Position numbers and translations under genes: made by a program | DNA from: an uncultured Thermodesulfobacteriota bacterium | Lineage (GTDB): Bacteria; Desulfobacterota; Deferrisomatia; Deferrisomatales; Deferrisomataceae | DNA: 64,000 nt | NCBI GenBank assembly: GCA_964491375.1 | Contig: CAZBGL010000068.1 | Span: forward strand, 4,282 to 68,281 | Reading direction: 5' to 3' | Notes under the pieces: generated by a model | What the model saw: the letters and a program-made list of their open reading frames with translations, nothing else | What the model was told of the DNA's origin: nothing | Database searches by the model: none | Part shown: positions 20,389 to 29,045 of the stretch, piece by piece | How the letters are laid out: each line of letters opens with the position of its first letter | Position numbering within the stretch: the first letter of the stretch is position 1

Positions 20389-21657
20389 ATGGAGTTCCGC
20401 AAGCTGAAGGGATTCCGGGACATCCTCCCGGAAGAGAGCCCCCGGTGGCAGCGGGTGGAGGCGGTCAGCCGCGCGGTGTTCTCCCGGTACGGGTACGAGG
20501 AGGTGCGCCTGCCCCTGCTGGAGGACACCGCCCTGTTCCGTCGTTCCATCGGTGAGTCCACGGACATCGTGGAAAAGGAGATGTACACGTTCGTGGACAC
20601 CGGCGGGCACTCCGTCACGCTCCGGCCCGAGGGTACGGCGTCGGCGGTGCGCGCATACCTGGAAAACGGATTCCACCGGTCCAACCCCCGGGTGCGGTGG
20701 TATTACATGGGGCCCATGTTCCGGAGGGAACGCCCCCAGAAGGGACGGCTGCGGCAGTTCCACCAGGTGGGCGCGGAGTGCTTCGGGTGGGCCGAGCCGG
20801 AGGCGGACGCCGAGGTGCTGTTCCTCCTGTGGGACCTGTTCCAGGCCCTGGGGCTGGGGGGACGGGTGCGGCTGGAGCTGAACACCCTCGGCTGCCGGGA
20901 CGACCGACGGGCGTACGTGGAGCGCCTCCGGGAGGCCCTGGAACGGCATCGGGATGCGTTGTGCGCCGACTGCCGGCGGCGGTTGTCCACGAATCCCCTG
21001 CGGGTACTCGACTGCAAATCGGACCGGTGCCGCGAGGCCACGTCCGAGGCGCCCCGCATCACGGACAGCGTGTGCGCCGAGTGCTCCGGGCACTTCGGCC
21101 GGGTCTGCGCGGTCCTGGAGGCGGGGGGGGTTCCGTACGCCGTGAACCCCCGGATGGTCCGCGGTCTCGACTACTACAACCGCACCACGTTCGAATTGCT
21201 GGCCGAGGGACTGGGGGCCCAGAACGCCGTGGCGGCCGGGGGGCGGTACGACGGGCTCTCCGAGGTGTTCGGCGGGCCCCGGGTGCCCGCCCTCGGGTTC
21301 GCCGCTGGCGTGGAGCGGATCGTGCTGCTGATGGATCCCGGCGCGGCGGGACGAGCCGGCCCCGACGGGTACTGGGTGTTCCGGGGGCCCGAAGCGCTCG
21401 AACGGGCCATGGTGCTCCGCAGGGACCTGGCCCGTCAGGGGATCGCAACGGAGATCGACTTCGCCGCCCGGAGCTTCAAGGCACAGATGCGGGCTGCGGA
21501 CCGGCGCGGGGCCCGGTTCGCCCTGATCCTGGCCGAGGACGAGCTCGCCGGCGGAACGGTGACCGTCAAGGACATGGGCTCCGGCGAACAACAGGGGGTT
21601 CCGGCGGAACGGCTGGGCTCCTTCCTGCGAGAGGCGACTTCCCGGGAACCGTCTTGA
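20389..21657 (+). CDS. hisS: Histidine--tRNA ligase
   Basis: 422-aa ORF. Motifs GFRDILPEE, MYTFVDTGG, RWYYMGPMFRRERPQKGRLRQFHQ and AAGGRYDGL. Confidence 0.95.
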   Translation: MEFRKLKGFRDILPEESPRWQRVEAVSRAVFSRYGYEEVRLPLLEDTALFRRSIGESTDIVEKEMYTFVDTGGHSVTLRPEGTASAVRAYLENGFHRSNPRVRWYYMGPMFRRERPQKGRLRQFHQVGAECFGWAEPEADAEVLFLLWDLFQALGLGGRVRLELNTLGCRDDRRAYVERLREALERHRDALCADCRRRLSTNPLRVLDCKSDRCREATSEAPRITDSVCAECSGHFGRVCAVLEAGGVPYAVNPRMVRGLDYYNRTTFELLAEGLGAQNAVAAGGRYDGLSEVFGGPRVPALGFAAGVERIVLLMDPGAAGRAGPDGYWVFRGPEALERAMVLRRDLARQGIATEIDFAARSFKAQMRAADRRGARFALILAEDELAGGTVTVKDMGSGEQQGVPAERLGSFLREATSREPS

Positions 21658-21675
21658 CGAAAGGGATGGGCTGCC

Positions 21676-22047
21676 ATGAGGCTGCATCGGTTCGCCCCTG
21701 TGTGCGCAGTGATCCTCGCCGTGGTGTTGTGGGTGCCGGCCCGGGCCGGCACGTGCATCGACGGGGGGTGCCATCAGGACACGGTGGCTCCCAAGTACCT
21801 GCACGGCCCGGTGGCGGCCGAGGCGGCCGGCGTGGAAGGGTGCGTTTCCTGCCACGTGCCCGCCGGCGCGGCGTGCACGCCGAGCAAGGGGGGACGGTAC
21901 CGGTTCAAGACGCGCAAGGAGCGCCTGTGTCTGCTGTGCCACGAAAGGGGCACCGGCACCCAGCACACCCGGGCCGGCGGGAAGTGCCTCTCCTGCCACG
22001 ACCCCCACGGAAGCAACTCCAGTTACAAGCTCATGCGGGCGGGTTGA
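21676..22047 (+). CDS. Small periplasmic multihaem cytochrome c (3 CxxCH + 1 CxxxxCH)
   Basis: 123-aa ORF with a signal peptide. Haem motifs CIDGGCH, CVSCH, CLLCH and CLSCHDPH (paired-CxxCH style). Confidence 0.8.
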   Translation: MRLHRFAPVCAVILAVVLWVPARAGTCIDGGCHQDTVAPKYLHGPVAAEAAGVEGCVSCHVPAGAACTPSKGGRYRFKTRKERLCLLCHERGTGTQHTRAGGKCLSCHDPHGSNSSYKLMRAG

Positions 22048-22137
22048 TCCCGGCCCGCCCCCCGGCGGTCTGTGCCGGCCCGGGGGACATCCCGGTCCTG
22101 CGTTCGCGTACGTTCAGAGGAGAAGGAGGAGACGACT

Positions 22138-23955
22138 GTGACCGACTCCATGGGCACATGGAAGCGGACCCACATGTGCGGAGAGATCCGCCCCGTGCAC
22201 GAGGGGCAGATCGTGACGCTCATGGGATGGGTGCACCGCCGGCGGGACCACGGAGGGCTGATCTTCGTGGATCTGAGGGACCGCGAAGGCATCGTGCAGG
22301 TGGTGTTCTATCCGGACCTCTCGCCCGAGGCCCACGAGAAAGCCCACCGCCTGCGCAGCGAATACGTGGTCGCCGTGCAGGGGCAGGTGGTCAAGCGGCC
22401 CGACGGAACGGAGAACCCGGACCTGCCCACGGGCGCCGTGGAGGTGCGGGCCACCGAACTGCGGATCCTGAACCGCTCCCGCACGCCCGTGTTCCCGGTG
22501 GACGAGGACACCGACGTGGGCGAGGACCTGCGCCTCCGGTACCGGTACCTGGACCTGCGGCGGCCCGGCCTCCAGCGCAACCTGAGGCTCCGGCACCGGG
22601 CCGCGGCCGTGGTGCGGCGGTTCCTGGACGAGCAGGGCTTCCTCGAGGTGGAGACCCCGGTGCTCACCCGGAGCACCCCGGAGGGGGCCCGGGACTTCCT
22701 GGTGCCCAGCCGGCTGCACCCGGGAAAGTTCTACGCGCTCCCTCAGTCGCCCCAGCTCTTCAAACAGATCCTCATGATGGCGGGAGTGGACCGTTACTTC
22801 CAGATCGTCCGGTGTTTCCGGGACGAGGATCTTCGGGCCGACCGCCAGCCGGAGTTCACCCAGATCTACGTGGAGTTTAGCTTCGTTACCCCCGAGGACG
22901 TGATGGGGGTCATGGAGGAGATGGTGGCCGCGTTGTGGCGCGAAGTGGCCGGGATCGAACTCGAGCGGCCGTTTCCCCGGCTTTCCTACCGGGATGCCCT
23001 GGACCGTTTCGGCACGGACGCACCGGACATCCGGTTCGGGCTGGAGCTGCGGGACGTGAGCCGGGCCGTGGCCGGGTCCGAGTTCAAGGTGTTTGCCGGC
23101 GCGGTGGCCCGGGGAGGGGTGGTCAAGGCGGTGAACGCCAAAGGGGCCGGCGAGGTCCTGTCCCGCAAGGAGATCGACGACCTGGCCGGGTTCGTGGCCC
23201 CCTTCGGTGCCAAGGGACTGGCCTGGATCCGAATCCAGCCGGACGGCTCTTGGCAGTCCCCCATCGCCAAGTTCCTGGGAGAGGATGCCCGGGCCGGCAT
23301 CCACGAAGCCCTCGGCCCCGAGCCCGGGGACATCCTGTTCTTCGTGGCGGACACACCTGAGGTGGCCAATCTGGCCCTGTCCAGGCTCCGGGTGCACCTG
23401 GCGGAACGGCTGGGTCTGGTGCCCGCAGGACGGTGGGCGTTCTGTTGGATCACGGAGTTTCCCCTGCTCGAATGGGACCCCGACGAGAAGCGTTACGTGG
23501 CCCTGCATCACCCGTTTACCAGCCCGGTGCCCGAGGACGTCCCCAAGCTCCCGGAGTCTCCCCTGGACGTGCGCGCCCAGGCCTACGACCTGGTGCTCAA
23601 CGGCACCGAGGTGGGAGGCGGGTCCATCCGGATCCACGACCCGGGGGTGCAGCAGGAGGTGTTCCGGGCCCTGGGCATCGGCCCCGACGAGGCCCGCGAG
23701 AAGTTCGGGTTCCTCCTGGAGGCCCTGGAGTTCGGAGCGCCGCCCCACGGGGGCATCGCCTTCGGGTTCGACCGGCTCCTCATGTTCCTGTGCGGCGCCG
23801 CCAGCATCAGGGACGTGATCGCCTTTCCGAAGACCCAGCGGGGCACCTGCCCGCTCACGGACGCCCCGGCCGCGGTGGATCCGGCCCAGTTGCGGGAACT
23901 CCACATCCGGATCCGGGCGCCCGCGCAGACGGGGGCGCCGGGGACGCGGCCGTGA
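22138..23955 (+). CDS. aspS: Aspartate--tRNA ligase
   Basis: GTG 22138 lies 8 nt after GGAGGAG; the alternative start is ATG 22150. Motifs RTHMCGEIR, FVDLRDREG, QSPQLFKQ, FRDEDLRADRQPEFTQ, GGGSIRIH and GIAFGFDRL. Confidence 0.95.
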   Translation: MTDSMGTWKRTHMCGEIRPVHEGQIVTLMGWVHRRRDHGGLIFVDLRDREGIVQVVFYPDLSPEAHEKAHRLRSEYVVAVQGQVVKRPDGTENPDLPTGAVEVRATELRILNRSRTPVFPVDEDTDVGEDLRLRYRYLDLRRPGLQRNLRLRHRAAAVVRRFLDEQGFLEVETPVLTRSTPEGARDFLVPSRLHPGKFYALPQSPQLFKQILMMAGVDRYFQIVRCFRDEDLRADRQPEFTQIYVEFSFVTPEDVMGVMEEMVAALWREVAGIELERPFPRLSYRDALDRFGTDAPDIRFGLELRDVSRAVAGSEFKVFAGAVARGGVVKAVNAKGAGEVLSRKEIDDLAGFVAPFGAKGLAWIRIQPDGSWQSPIAKFLGEDARAGIHEALGPEPGDILFFVADTPEVANLALSRLRVHLAERLGLVPAGRWAFCWITEFPLLEWDPDEKRYVALHHPFTSPVPEDVPKLPESPLDVRAQAYDLVLNGTEVGGGSIRIHDPGVQQEVFRALGIGPDEAREKFGFLLEALEFGAPPHGGIAFGFDRLLMFLCGAASIRDVIAFPKTQRGTCPLTDAPAAVDPAQLRELHIRIRAPAQTGAPGTRP

Positions 23956-24022
23956 GGGGAGCCCGGTACGGCCCGCCACCAGGGCCGCCGTGCGGATGCG
24001 GCCCACGGGTGATGTCCGCTGC

Positions 24023-24051
24023 TTGACGGGCGGGAACCGGCCTGCTATTTT
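24023..24051 (+). promoter_or_regulatory. Sigma70-like promoter of the Rrf2-gap-pgk-tpiA-secG operon
   Basis: TTGACG (24023-24028), a 17-nt spacer, then TATTTT (24046-24051), about 37 nt upstream of the Rrf2 start. Confidence 0.5.
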
Positions 24052-24087
24052 CGCATTCTTCAATCGGGAACCAGAGAGGGGTGCGTG

Positions 24088-24561
24088 ATGAAACTCACCA
24101 CGAAAAGCAGGTACGGCGTCCGGGCGATCTTTGACATCGCCTATCACTCTGGGGGCCTTCCCGCCCAGATCAAGGACATCTCGGAACGCCAGCGCATCAG
24201 CCCCCGCTACCTGGAGCAGATCTTCCAGAAGCTCAAGAAAGCCGGAATCCTGGGCAGCAAGCGCGGTCCCCGGGGCGGCTATTTCCTGTTGAAATCCCCC
24301 AGCGAGATCACCTTGTACGACATCATCACGTGCACCGAGGGGCCCATCGAGCTGGTGTTCTGCGTGAGCGAGATCGACGAGGAGTGCTCCGCGCGGACCT
24401 GCGAGATGAAGGACCGGTGCGTGGCGAGCCCCATGTGGAAGGAGATCGGCGACAAGATCGCGGAGATCTTCCGGAGCACCACGATCCAGGACCTGTGCCG
24501 GCGGGCCGAGGAGCTCGGGATCGAGCGGCAGCTGGACGGCCGGTTCATGTACTACATCTGA
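24088..24561 (+). CDS. Rrf2-family transcriptional regulator (Cys-rich, probable Fe-S)
   Basis: MKLTTKSRYGVRAIFDIAY is a typical Rrf2 N-terminus, followed by a wHTH (ISERQRISPRYLEQIFQKLKKAGIL). Cys cluster C-x8-C-x4-C-x5-C. The track ORF starts at GTG 24085. Confidence 0.88.
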   Translation: MKLTTKSRYGVRAIFDIAYHSGGLPAQIKDISERQRISPRYLEQIFQKLKKAGILGSKRGPRGGYFLLKSPSEITLYDIITCTEGPIELVFCVSEIDEECSARTCEMKDRCVASPMWKEIGDKIAEIFRSTTIQDLCRRAEELGIERQLDGRFMYYI

Positions 24562-24639
24562 GCACACGCCCCGCGGGGTCACTTGCACGTTCTCCGCCCC
24601 GGGTTCCGGGGCGGCTTCGTTTGTGCGGGAGGCGGTTCC

Positions 24640-25653
24640 ATGGCGATCCGGATCGCGATCCACGGATTCGGCCGCATCGGGCGTAGCGTGTTCCGCGTCG
24701 CCCACGCCCATCCCGACGTCCGGGTGGTGGCCGTGGGCGACCGGGAGCCCGTGGAGCCCCTGGTGCACCTGCTGCGCTACGACTCGGTGCGCGGGCCCTG
24801 GGGCGTGCCGGTGGAGATGAGGGAGGCGGGCTTCGCCGTGGAGGGGCAGCCCGTGCGGTTCGTGCGGGGGGATGCGGCCGAGGCCATGGGGTGGGAGGCC
24901 CTGGGCGTGGACCTGGTGGTGGACTGTACCGGAAAGAACACGGCGCGCGCACGGGCCGCGGGCCATCTGCGGGCCGGGGCCCGGTGGGTGGTGGTGTCCG
25001 CGCCCGCCGACGACCCGGACATCACCGTGGTGCTCGGGGTCAACGACCGGGATCTGGATCCCCGGCGCCACCGGATCATCAGCAACGCCTCCTGCACCAC
25101 CAACTGCCTGGCACCGGTGCTCAAGGTGCTCCACGGCCGATTCGGCGTGCTCGGGGCCCTCGTGACCACGGTGCACGCCTACACGAACGATCAGCGCCTC
25201 CTCGACTCGCCCCACCGGGACCTCCGGCGCGCCCGGGCGGCCGGCGTATCCATCATCCCCACCACCACGGGGGCGGCCCGCTCGGTGGGAGCTGTGCTGC
25301 CCGAGCTGGCGGACCGGGTGGACGGGGTGTCGGTCCGGGTCCCCACGCCGAACGTCTCCCTGGCGGATCTCACCGTGCGCCTGGAACGGGCCGCGGAGGC
25401 CGCCGAAGTGAACGCCGCCCTCCGGGAGGCGGCGGCCGGGGACCTGCGGGGGATCCTGGCCTACACCGAGGAGCCCCTGGTGTCCTGCGACTACCAGGGA
25501 TGCCCCTACTCCGCCGTGGTGGACGGCCTCCAGACGCGCTCGGCCGGTGGCGGCCTGGTGAAGCTCCAGGCGTGGTACGATAACGAGTGGGGGTACGCCA
25601 ACCGCCTGGTGGAGCTGGTGGCGCGCCTCGGGCGCGTTGCCGGAGCGGGTTGA
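24640..25653 (+). CDS. gap: Type I glyceraldehyde-3-phosphate dehydrogenase
   Basis: ATG 24640 (MAIRIAIHGFGRIGR). Active site SNASCTTNCLAP and C-terminal WYDNEWGY. Confidence 0.95.
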   Translation: MAIRIAIHGFGRIGRSVFRVAHAHPDVRVVAVGDREPVEPLVHLLRYDSVRGPWGVPVEMREAGFAVEGQPVRFVRGDAAEAMGWEALGVDLVVDCTGKNTARARAAGHLRAGARWVVVSAPADDPDITVVLGVNDRDLDPRRHRIISNASCTTNCLAPVLKVLHGRFGVLGALVTTVHAYTNDQRLLDSPHRDLRRARAAGVSIIPTTTGAARSVGAVLPELADRVDGVSVRVPTPNVSLADLTVRLERAAEAAEVNAALREAAAGDLRGILAYTEEPLVSCDYQGCPYSAVVDGLQTRSAGGGLVKLQAWYDNEWGYANRLVELVARLGRVAGAG

Positions 25654-25743
25654 CCCCGGTGCCGCTCGGCCTTATGGTTACGGCCGCCCCGGCCCGGGAG
25701 CCGGAGGCCCCGCCAGGAATCCGTGGACGAAAGGGGGTGCGTG

Positions 25744-26934
25744 ATGGCCGTCCGATCGGTCGAGGAACTGGGCGTTTCCGGACGCAAGGTCTTTGTCCGC
25801 GTGGACTTCAACGTCCCGGTGAGGGACGGCCGGGTGGAGGACGACACCCGGATCCAGGCCGCCCTGCCCACGCTCCGGCTCGTGCTGGACCGGGGGGGGG
25901 CCCTGATCCTGGCGAGCCACCTGGGCCGGCCCAAGGGCAAGCCCGATCCCGCATATTCCATGGCGCCGGTGGCCGAGCGCCTGGGCGAACGGCTCGGCAT
26001 GAGCGTGTTCCTGGCCCCGGGGGTGGCGGGTCCCCAGGTTCAGGGCCTCGCCGACGGGCTGGAGCCCGGGCAGGTGATGCTGCTGGAAAACGTCCGGTTC
26101 CACCCGGGTGAGACCCGCAACGACCCGGAGTTCGCCCGGTCCCTGGCCGGCCTCGCCGACGTGTACGTGAACGACGCGTTCGGTACCTGTCACCGGGCCC
26201 ACGCGAGCACGGCCGGCATGGCCGCGTTCTTCCCGCCGGAACGAAAGGGGGCGGGCCTGCTCCTCCTCCGGGAGATCCAGGCGTTCCGCAGGGTGCTGGA
26301 GACGCCCGAGAGGCCCTTCGTGGCGATCCTGGGGGGGGCCAAGGTGAGCGACAAGATCGGCGTGATCCGGAACCTGTTGCCCCGGATCGACCGGCTCCTG
26401 ATCGGCGGGGGCATGGCCTTCACGTTCCTCGCCGCCCGGGGCAAACCCGTGGGGAACTCCCTGCTGGAGGCCGATCGGGTCGACCTGGCCCGGAACCTTC
26501 TGGAGGATGCACGGCGGCAGGGGGTGGAGGTGCTTCTGCCCGAGGACCACGTGGTGGGCCGCGAGCCCTCCGCCGGGACCGAGGTGCGGACCACCGGCGA
26601 TGCGGCCGTGCCCGAGGGGTGGATGGGGCTGGACATCGGCCCCAGGACCCGTGAACGGTTCGCCCGGGCCCTGACGGACGCCCGCACCGTGGTGTGGAAC
26701 GGCCCCATGGGGGTGTTCGAGCTGGAGCCCTTTGCGGAGGGCACGTTCGCGTTGGCCCGGGCCGTGGCGGCGTGCCCGGGGTTTACCGTGGTGGGCGGGG
26801 GCGACAGCGTGGCCGCCGTGAACCGCGCCGGCGTGGCCGGGGGCATCGACCACATCTCCACAGGGGGCGGAGCCTCGCTGGAGCTGTTGGAAGGGAAGAC
26901 CCTGCCCGGCATCGCGGCCCTGGAAGCGGACTGA
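25744..26934 (+). CDS. pgk: Phosphoglycerate kinase
   Basis: ATG 25744. Motifs [25 protein letters not shown] and STGGGASLE. Confidence 0.95.
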   Translation: MAVRSVEELGVSGRKVFVRVDFNVPVRDGRVEDDTRIQAALPTLRLVLDRGGALILASHLGRPKGKPDPAYSMAPVAERLGERLGMSVFLAPGVAGPQVQGLADGLEPGQVMLLENVRFHPGETRNDPEFARSLAGLADVYVNDAFGTCHRAHASTAGMAAFFPPERKGAGLLLLREIQAFRRVLETPERPFVAILGGAKVSDKIGVIRNLLPRIDRLLIGGGMAFTFLAARGKPVGNSLLEADRVDLARNLLEDARRQGVEVLLPEDHVVGREPSAGTEVRTTGDAAVPEGWMGLDIGPRTRERFARALTDARTVVWNGPMGVFELEPFAEGTFALARAVAACPGFTVVGGGDSVAAVNRAGVAGGIDHISTGGGASLELLEGKTLPGIAALEAD

Positions 26935-26953
26935 GCACGGAGAGGAACGGCAC

Positions 26954-27709
26954 ATGCGCGTCCCGCTCATCGCCGGAAACTGGAAGATGCACAAGACGGT
27001 GAACGAGGCCCTGGCCCTGGTGGACGCCCTGTTGCCCCGGGTGCGCGGCTTGGAGGGCGTGGAGGTGGCCGTGGCGCCCCCGTTCACCGCCCTGTATCCC
27101 GTGGCCCGGGCGCTGCAGGGCACCCCCGTGCGGCTGGCCGCCCAGAACATGCACTGGGAACGGCAGGGCGCCTATACCGGCGAGGTGTCGGCCCCGATGC
27201 TCACGGAACTCGGCGTCCGGTACGTCATCTTGGGCCATTCGGAGCGGCGGCAGATGTTCGGGGAGACCGACGAGGCCGTGGCCCGCAAGGCCGCGCGGGC
27301 GCTCGCGGCCGGGATCACGCCCATCGTGTGCGTGGGCGAGACCCTGGAGGAGCGGGAGGCCGGGCGGGCGGCCGAGGTGGTGGAGTCCCAGGTCCGGGCG
27401 GCGGTGGGGCCGCTGGGGACGGAGGCCGTGGACCGGATCGTGGTGGCCTATGAGCCGGTGTGGGCCATCGGCACCGGCAGGTCCGCCTCGGCCGCACAGG
27501 CCCAGGAGATGCACGCCCGCATCCGGGGGGTGCTGGGCGCACTGGGCGGGCCGGAACGCGCGCAGAGGACCCGGATCCTCTACGGGGGAAGCGTCAAGCC
27601 GGGCAACGTCCGGGAGCTGATGGCGCAGGGCGACGTGGACGGTGCGCTCGTGGGGGGCGCGAGCCTGGACGCGGAATCGTTTGCAGCCATCGCTGGATTT
27701 CAGGTATAA
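26954..27709 (+). CDS. tpiA: Triose-phosphate isomerase
   Basis: Motifs [26 protein letters not shown] and YGGSV. Confidence 0.95.
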   Translation: MRVPLIAGNWKMHKTVNEALALVDALLPRVRGLEGVEVAVAPPFTALYPVARALQGTPVRLAAQNMHWERQGAYTGEVSAPMLTELGVRYVILGHSERRQMFGETDEAVARKAARALAAGITPIVCVGETLEEREAGRAAEVVESQVRAAVGPLGTEAVDRIVVAYEPVWAIGTGRSASAAQAQEMHARIRGVLGALGGPERAQRTRILYGGSVKPGNVRELMAQGDVDGALVGGASLDAESFAAIAGFQV

Positions 27710-27744
27710 AGGATACTTTCCTGTCGATCGGGAGGCAGCGGTCC

Positions 27745-28086
27745 ATGCACGCACTGCTCGTCACCGTCCACGTCATCGTATGTTTCGTGCTGGTGGGGAT
27801 CGTGCTGCTCCAGCAGGGCAAGGGCGCCGACATGGGCGCCGTGTTCGGCGGTTCCAGCCAGACCCTGTTCGGCAGCACGGGGGCCACCACGTTCCTCGGG
27901 AAGCTCACCGCTGCGGCGGCCGCCCTGTTCATGCTCACCTCGGTGGGGTTGACGTACATGGCGAGCCACCGGTATAAGATGAGCGTTGTGCCCGACCGGC
28001 CGGCCGCCGGGGCGTCGGCGGCGCCGGCACAGGGCACGGCCGGGGCCGGTTCCGAGAACCCGGCCGAGCCGCCCGCCCAAAAATAA
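27745..28086 (+). CDS. secG: Preprotein translocase subunit SecG
   Basis: ATG 27745. Motifs VHVIVCFVLVGIVLLQQGKGADMG and FGGSSQTLFGS, with two TM helices. Follows tpiA as in many bacteria. Confidence 0.88.
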   Translation: MHALLVTVHVIVCFVLVGIVLLQQGKGADMGAVFGGSSQTLFGSTGATTFLGKLTAAAAALFMLTSVGLTYMASHRYKMSVVPDRPAAGASAAPAQGTAGAGSENPAEPPAQK

Positions 28087-28110
28087 GCGGTTCTCCGAAA
28101 GCGATCCCGT

Positions 28111-28197
28111 GCCCAGGTGGTGGAACTGGTAGACACGCTATCTTGAGGGGGTAGTGGGGTTCTCCCCGTGCCGGTTCGAGTCCGGCCCTGGGCACCA
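28111..28197 (+). tRNA. tRNA-Leu (anticodon GAG), CCA encoded
   Basis: Hand-folded cloverleaf. Acceptor GCCCAGG/CCTGGGC. Anticodon stem CTATC/GGTAG with loop TTGAGGG. Long variable arm. T-arm CCGGTTCGAGTCCGG. 3' CCA present. Confidence 0.9.
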
Positions 28198-28206
28198 GCG
28201 ACAACG

Positions 28207-28236
28207 AAAAAGGAGCCGGCTCTCCGGCTCCTTTTC
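28207..28236. terminator. Bidirectional intrinsic terminator
   Basis: Perfect stem AAAAGGAGCCGG / CCGGCTCCTTTT around loop CTCT, with an A-run on the left and a T-run on the right. Lies between tRNA-Leu (+) and the convergent DUF2294 gene (-). Confidence 0.8.
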
Positions 28237-28282
28237 TCGTGTTCTGCCGGTGGCCCTTTCGGGGCCCCCCGGGGGCGGGCGC

Positions 28283-28660
28283 TCATCGGGGCCCGGTGGG
28301 TTCGGGCGCTGGGGGGCTCTCCAGGGTGAACACGAAGATCCGTTCTCCGGTCTGGGTGCTTAGATCGGTGTGCATGGATCTCACTTTCCGGTGGGTGATG
28401 TCCTCCACCACGGCGTAGACCAGTTCCTTGGCGCCCTCGATCAGGTTGGCGCGCATTTTCTTGACGAGGTCGATTCCCTCGGCGGTGCGCGCGAGGTGTT
28501 GCTCGGCCGGGGTCAGCACCCCGCCCAGGCGCACGAGCACGAGGTCCCCGATCACGTGGCAGGTGGCTTCCTTGGGTCCGCGCCCCATGTACTCCTTTTC
28601 GAACGCCACAAAGGCCTTGGCCAACTCGTCTTCGATGCGACCGAACGGATTGCGGGACAT
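28283..28660 (-). CDS. DUF2294 / MpsC-family protein
   Basis: 125-aa ORF. The pattern LAKAFVAFEKEYMGRGPKEATCHVIGDLVLVRLGGVLTPAEQHL...MRANLIEGAKELV matches my recollection of DUF2294 architecture. Confidence 0.65.
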   Translation of the reverse strand: MSRNPFGRIEDELAKAFVAFEKEYMGRGPKEATCHVIGDLVLVRLGGVLTPAEQHLARTAEGIDLVKKMRANLIEGAKELVYAVVEDITHRKVRSMHTDLSTQTGERIFVFTLESPPAPEPTGPR

Positions 28661-28855
28661 GGACTCTCTCCTTCGGGGTCGGTGAGCGGACCGTGTCTTT
28701 TTTTCTTATGCCAAGGCGGCCTACAAAGTCCAGGCCACCGGCACCGGGCCCCAGGCGGGTTCTCGCTTGACTTCCCGGGGCACTTTGAGATAGACATGTC
28801 TTGGCAGATTCCTGGAAGGGCTCCCCCCGCGGAGGGAGAGCCGGTCGAGGAATGG

Positions 28856-28894
28856 GCCGGATAGAGGCGGATACGCCCTTATCCGGCTTTTTTT
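28856..28894 (+). terminator. Intrinsic terminator T1 in the USP upstream region
   Basis: Stem GCCGGATA..GGCG / CGCC..TATCCGGC with GATA loop (28856-28887), followed by 7 T (28888-28894). No plus-strand gene lies upstream. Confidence 0.7.
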
Positions 28895-28946
28895 GTTGTG
28901 AAGGTTCCAGCCCAAGGGCGCAGGGGGTGCTTCCCCGGGCGCCCGA

Positions 28947-28994
28947 CGGCCGGGCCTGCCCCCCCACCGGTGGGGGCGGGTCCGGCCGTTTTTT
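28947..28994 (+). terminator. Intrinsic terminator T2 in the USP upstream region
   Basis: Hairpin of about 18 bp, CGGCCGGGCCTG(CC)CCCCCA / TGGGGGCGGGTCCGGCCG (28947-28988), followed by 6 T (28989-28994). Lies 52 nt upstream of the USP ATG. Confidence 0.7.
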
Positions 28995-29045
28995 CGTTTC
29001 GGGTCGGGGCGCCGGGTCCAGGGCCCCGGCCTCGAGGAGAGACCC

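Noticed and set aside
18982-22008. Very long alternative-frame or antisense ORFs. Examples: 18982..22008 (-) 1008 aa, 22114..25215 (-) 1033 aa, 35133..38267 (-) 1044 aa, 16143..18971 (-) 942 aa, 43529..46324 (-) 931 aa, 49819..52590 (-) 923 aa, 40184..43189 (+) N-terminal part.
   Set aside because: They are R/P/G/H-rich and low in complexity, carry no recognisable motifs, and lie opposite or out of frame to genes with unambiguous family signatures. This is the expected stop-codon-poor artefact of a very GC-rich genome.
28796-28864. 22-codon ORF (MSWQIPGRAPPAEGEPVEEWAG) just before terminator T1, as a possible leader peptide.
   Set aside because: It has no SD sequence, no regulatory-codon run and no way to test conservation here. 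The terminators are reported, but the peptide is not called.
28796-28994. Match of the USP leader to known riboswitch classes (c-di-GMP GEMM-I/II, ykkC/ppGpp-PRPP, fluoride, Mn).
   Set aside because: The conserved cores I remember (GCAAAGC/GGCAAACC for GEMM-I; GGUCCGAGAG...ACGG.GGGA.AAAAGCCCGGGAG for ykkC) are absent.
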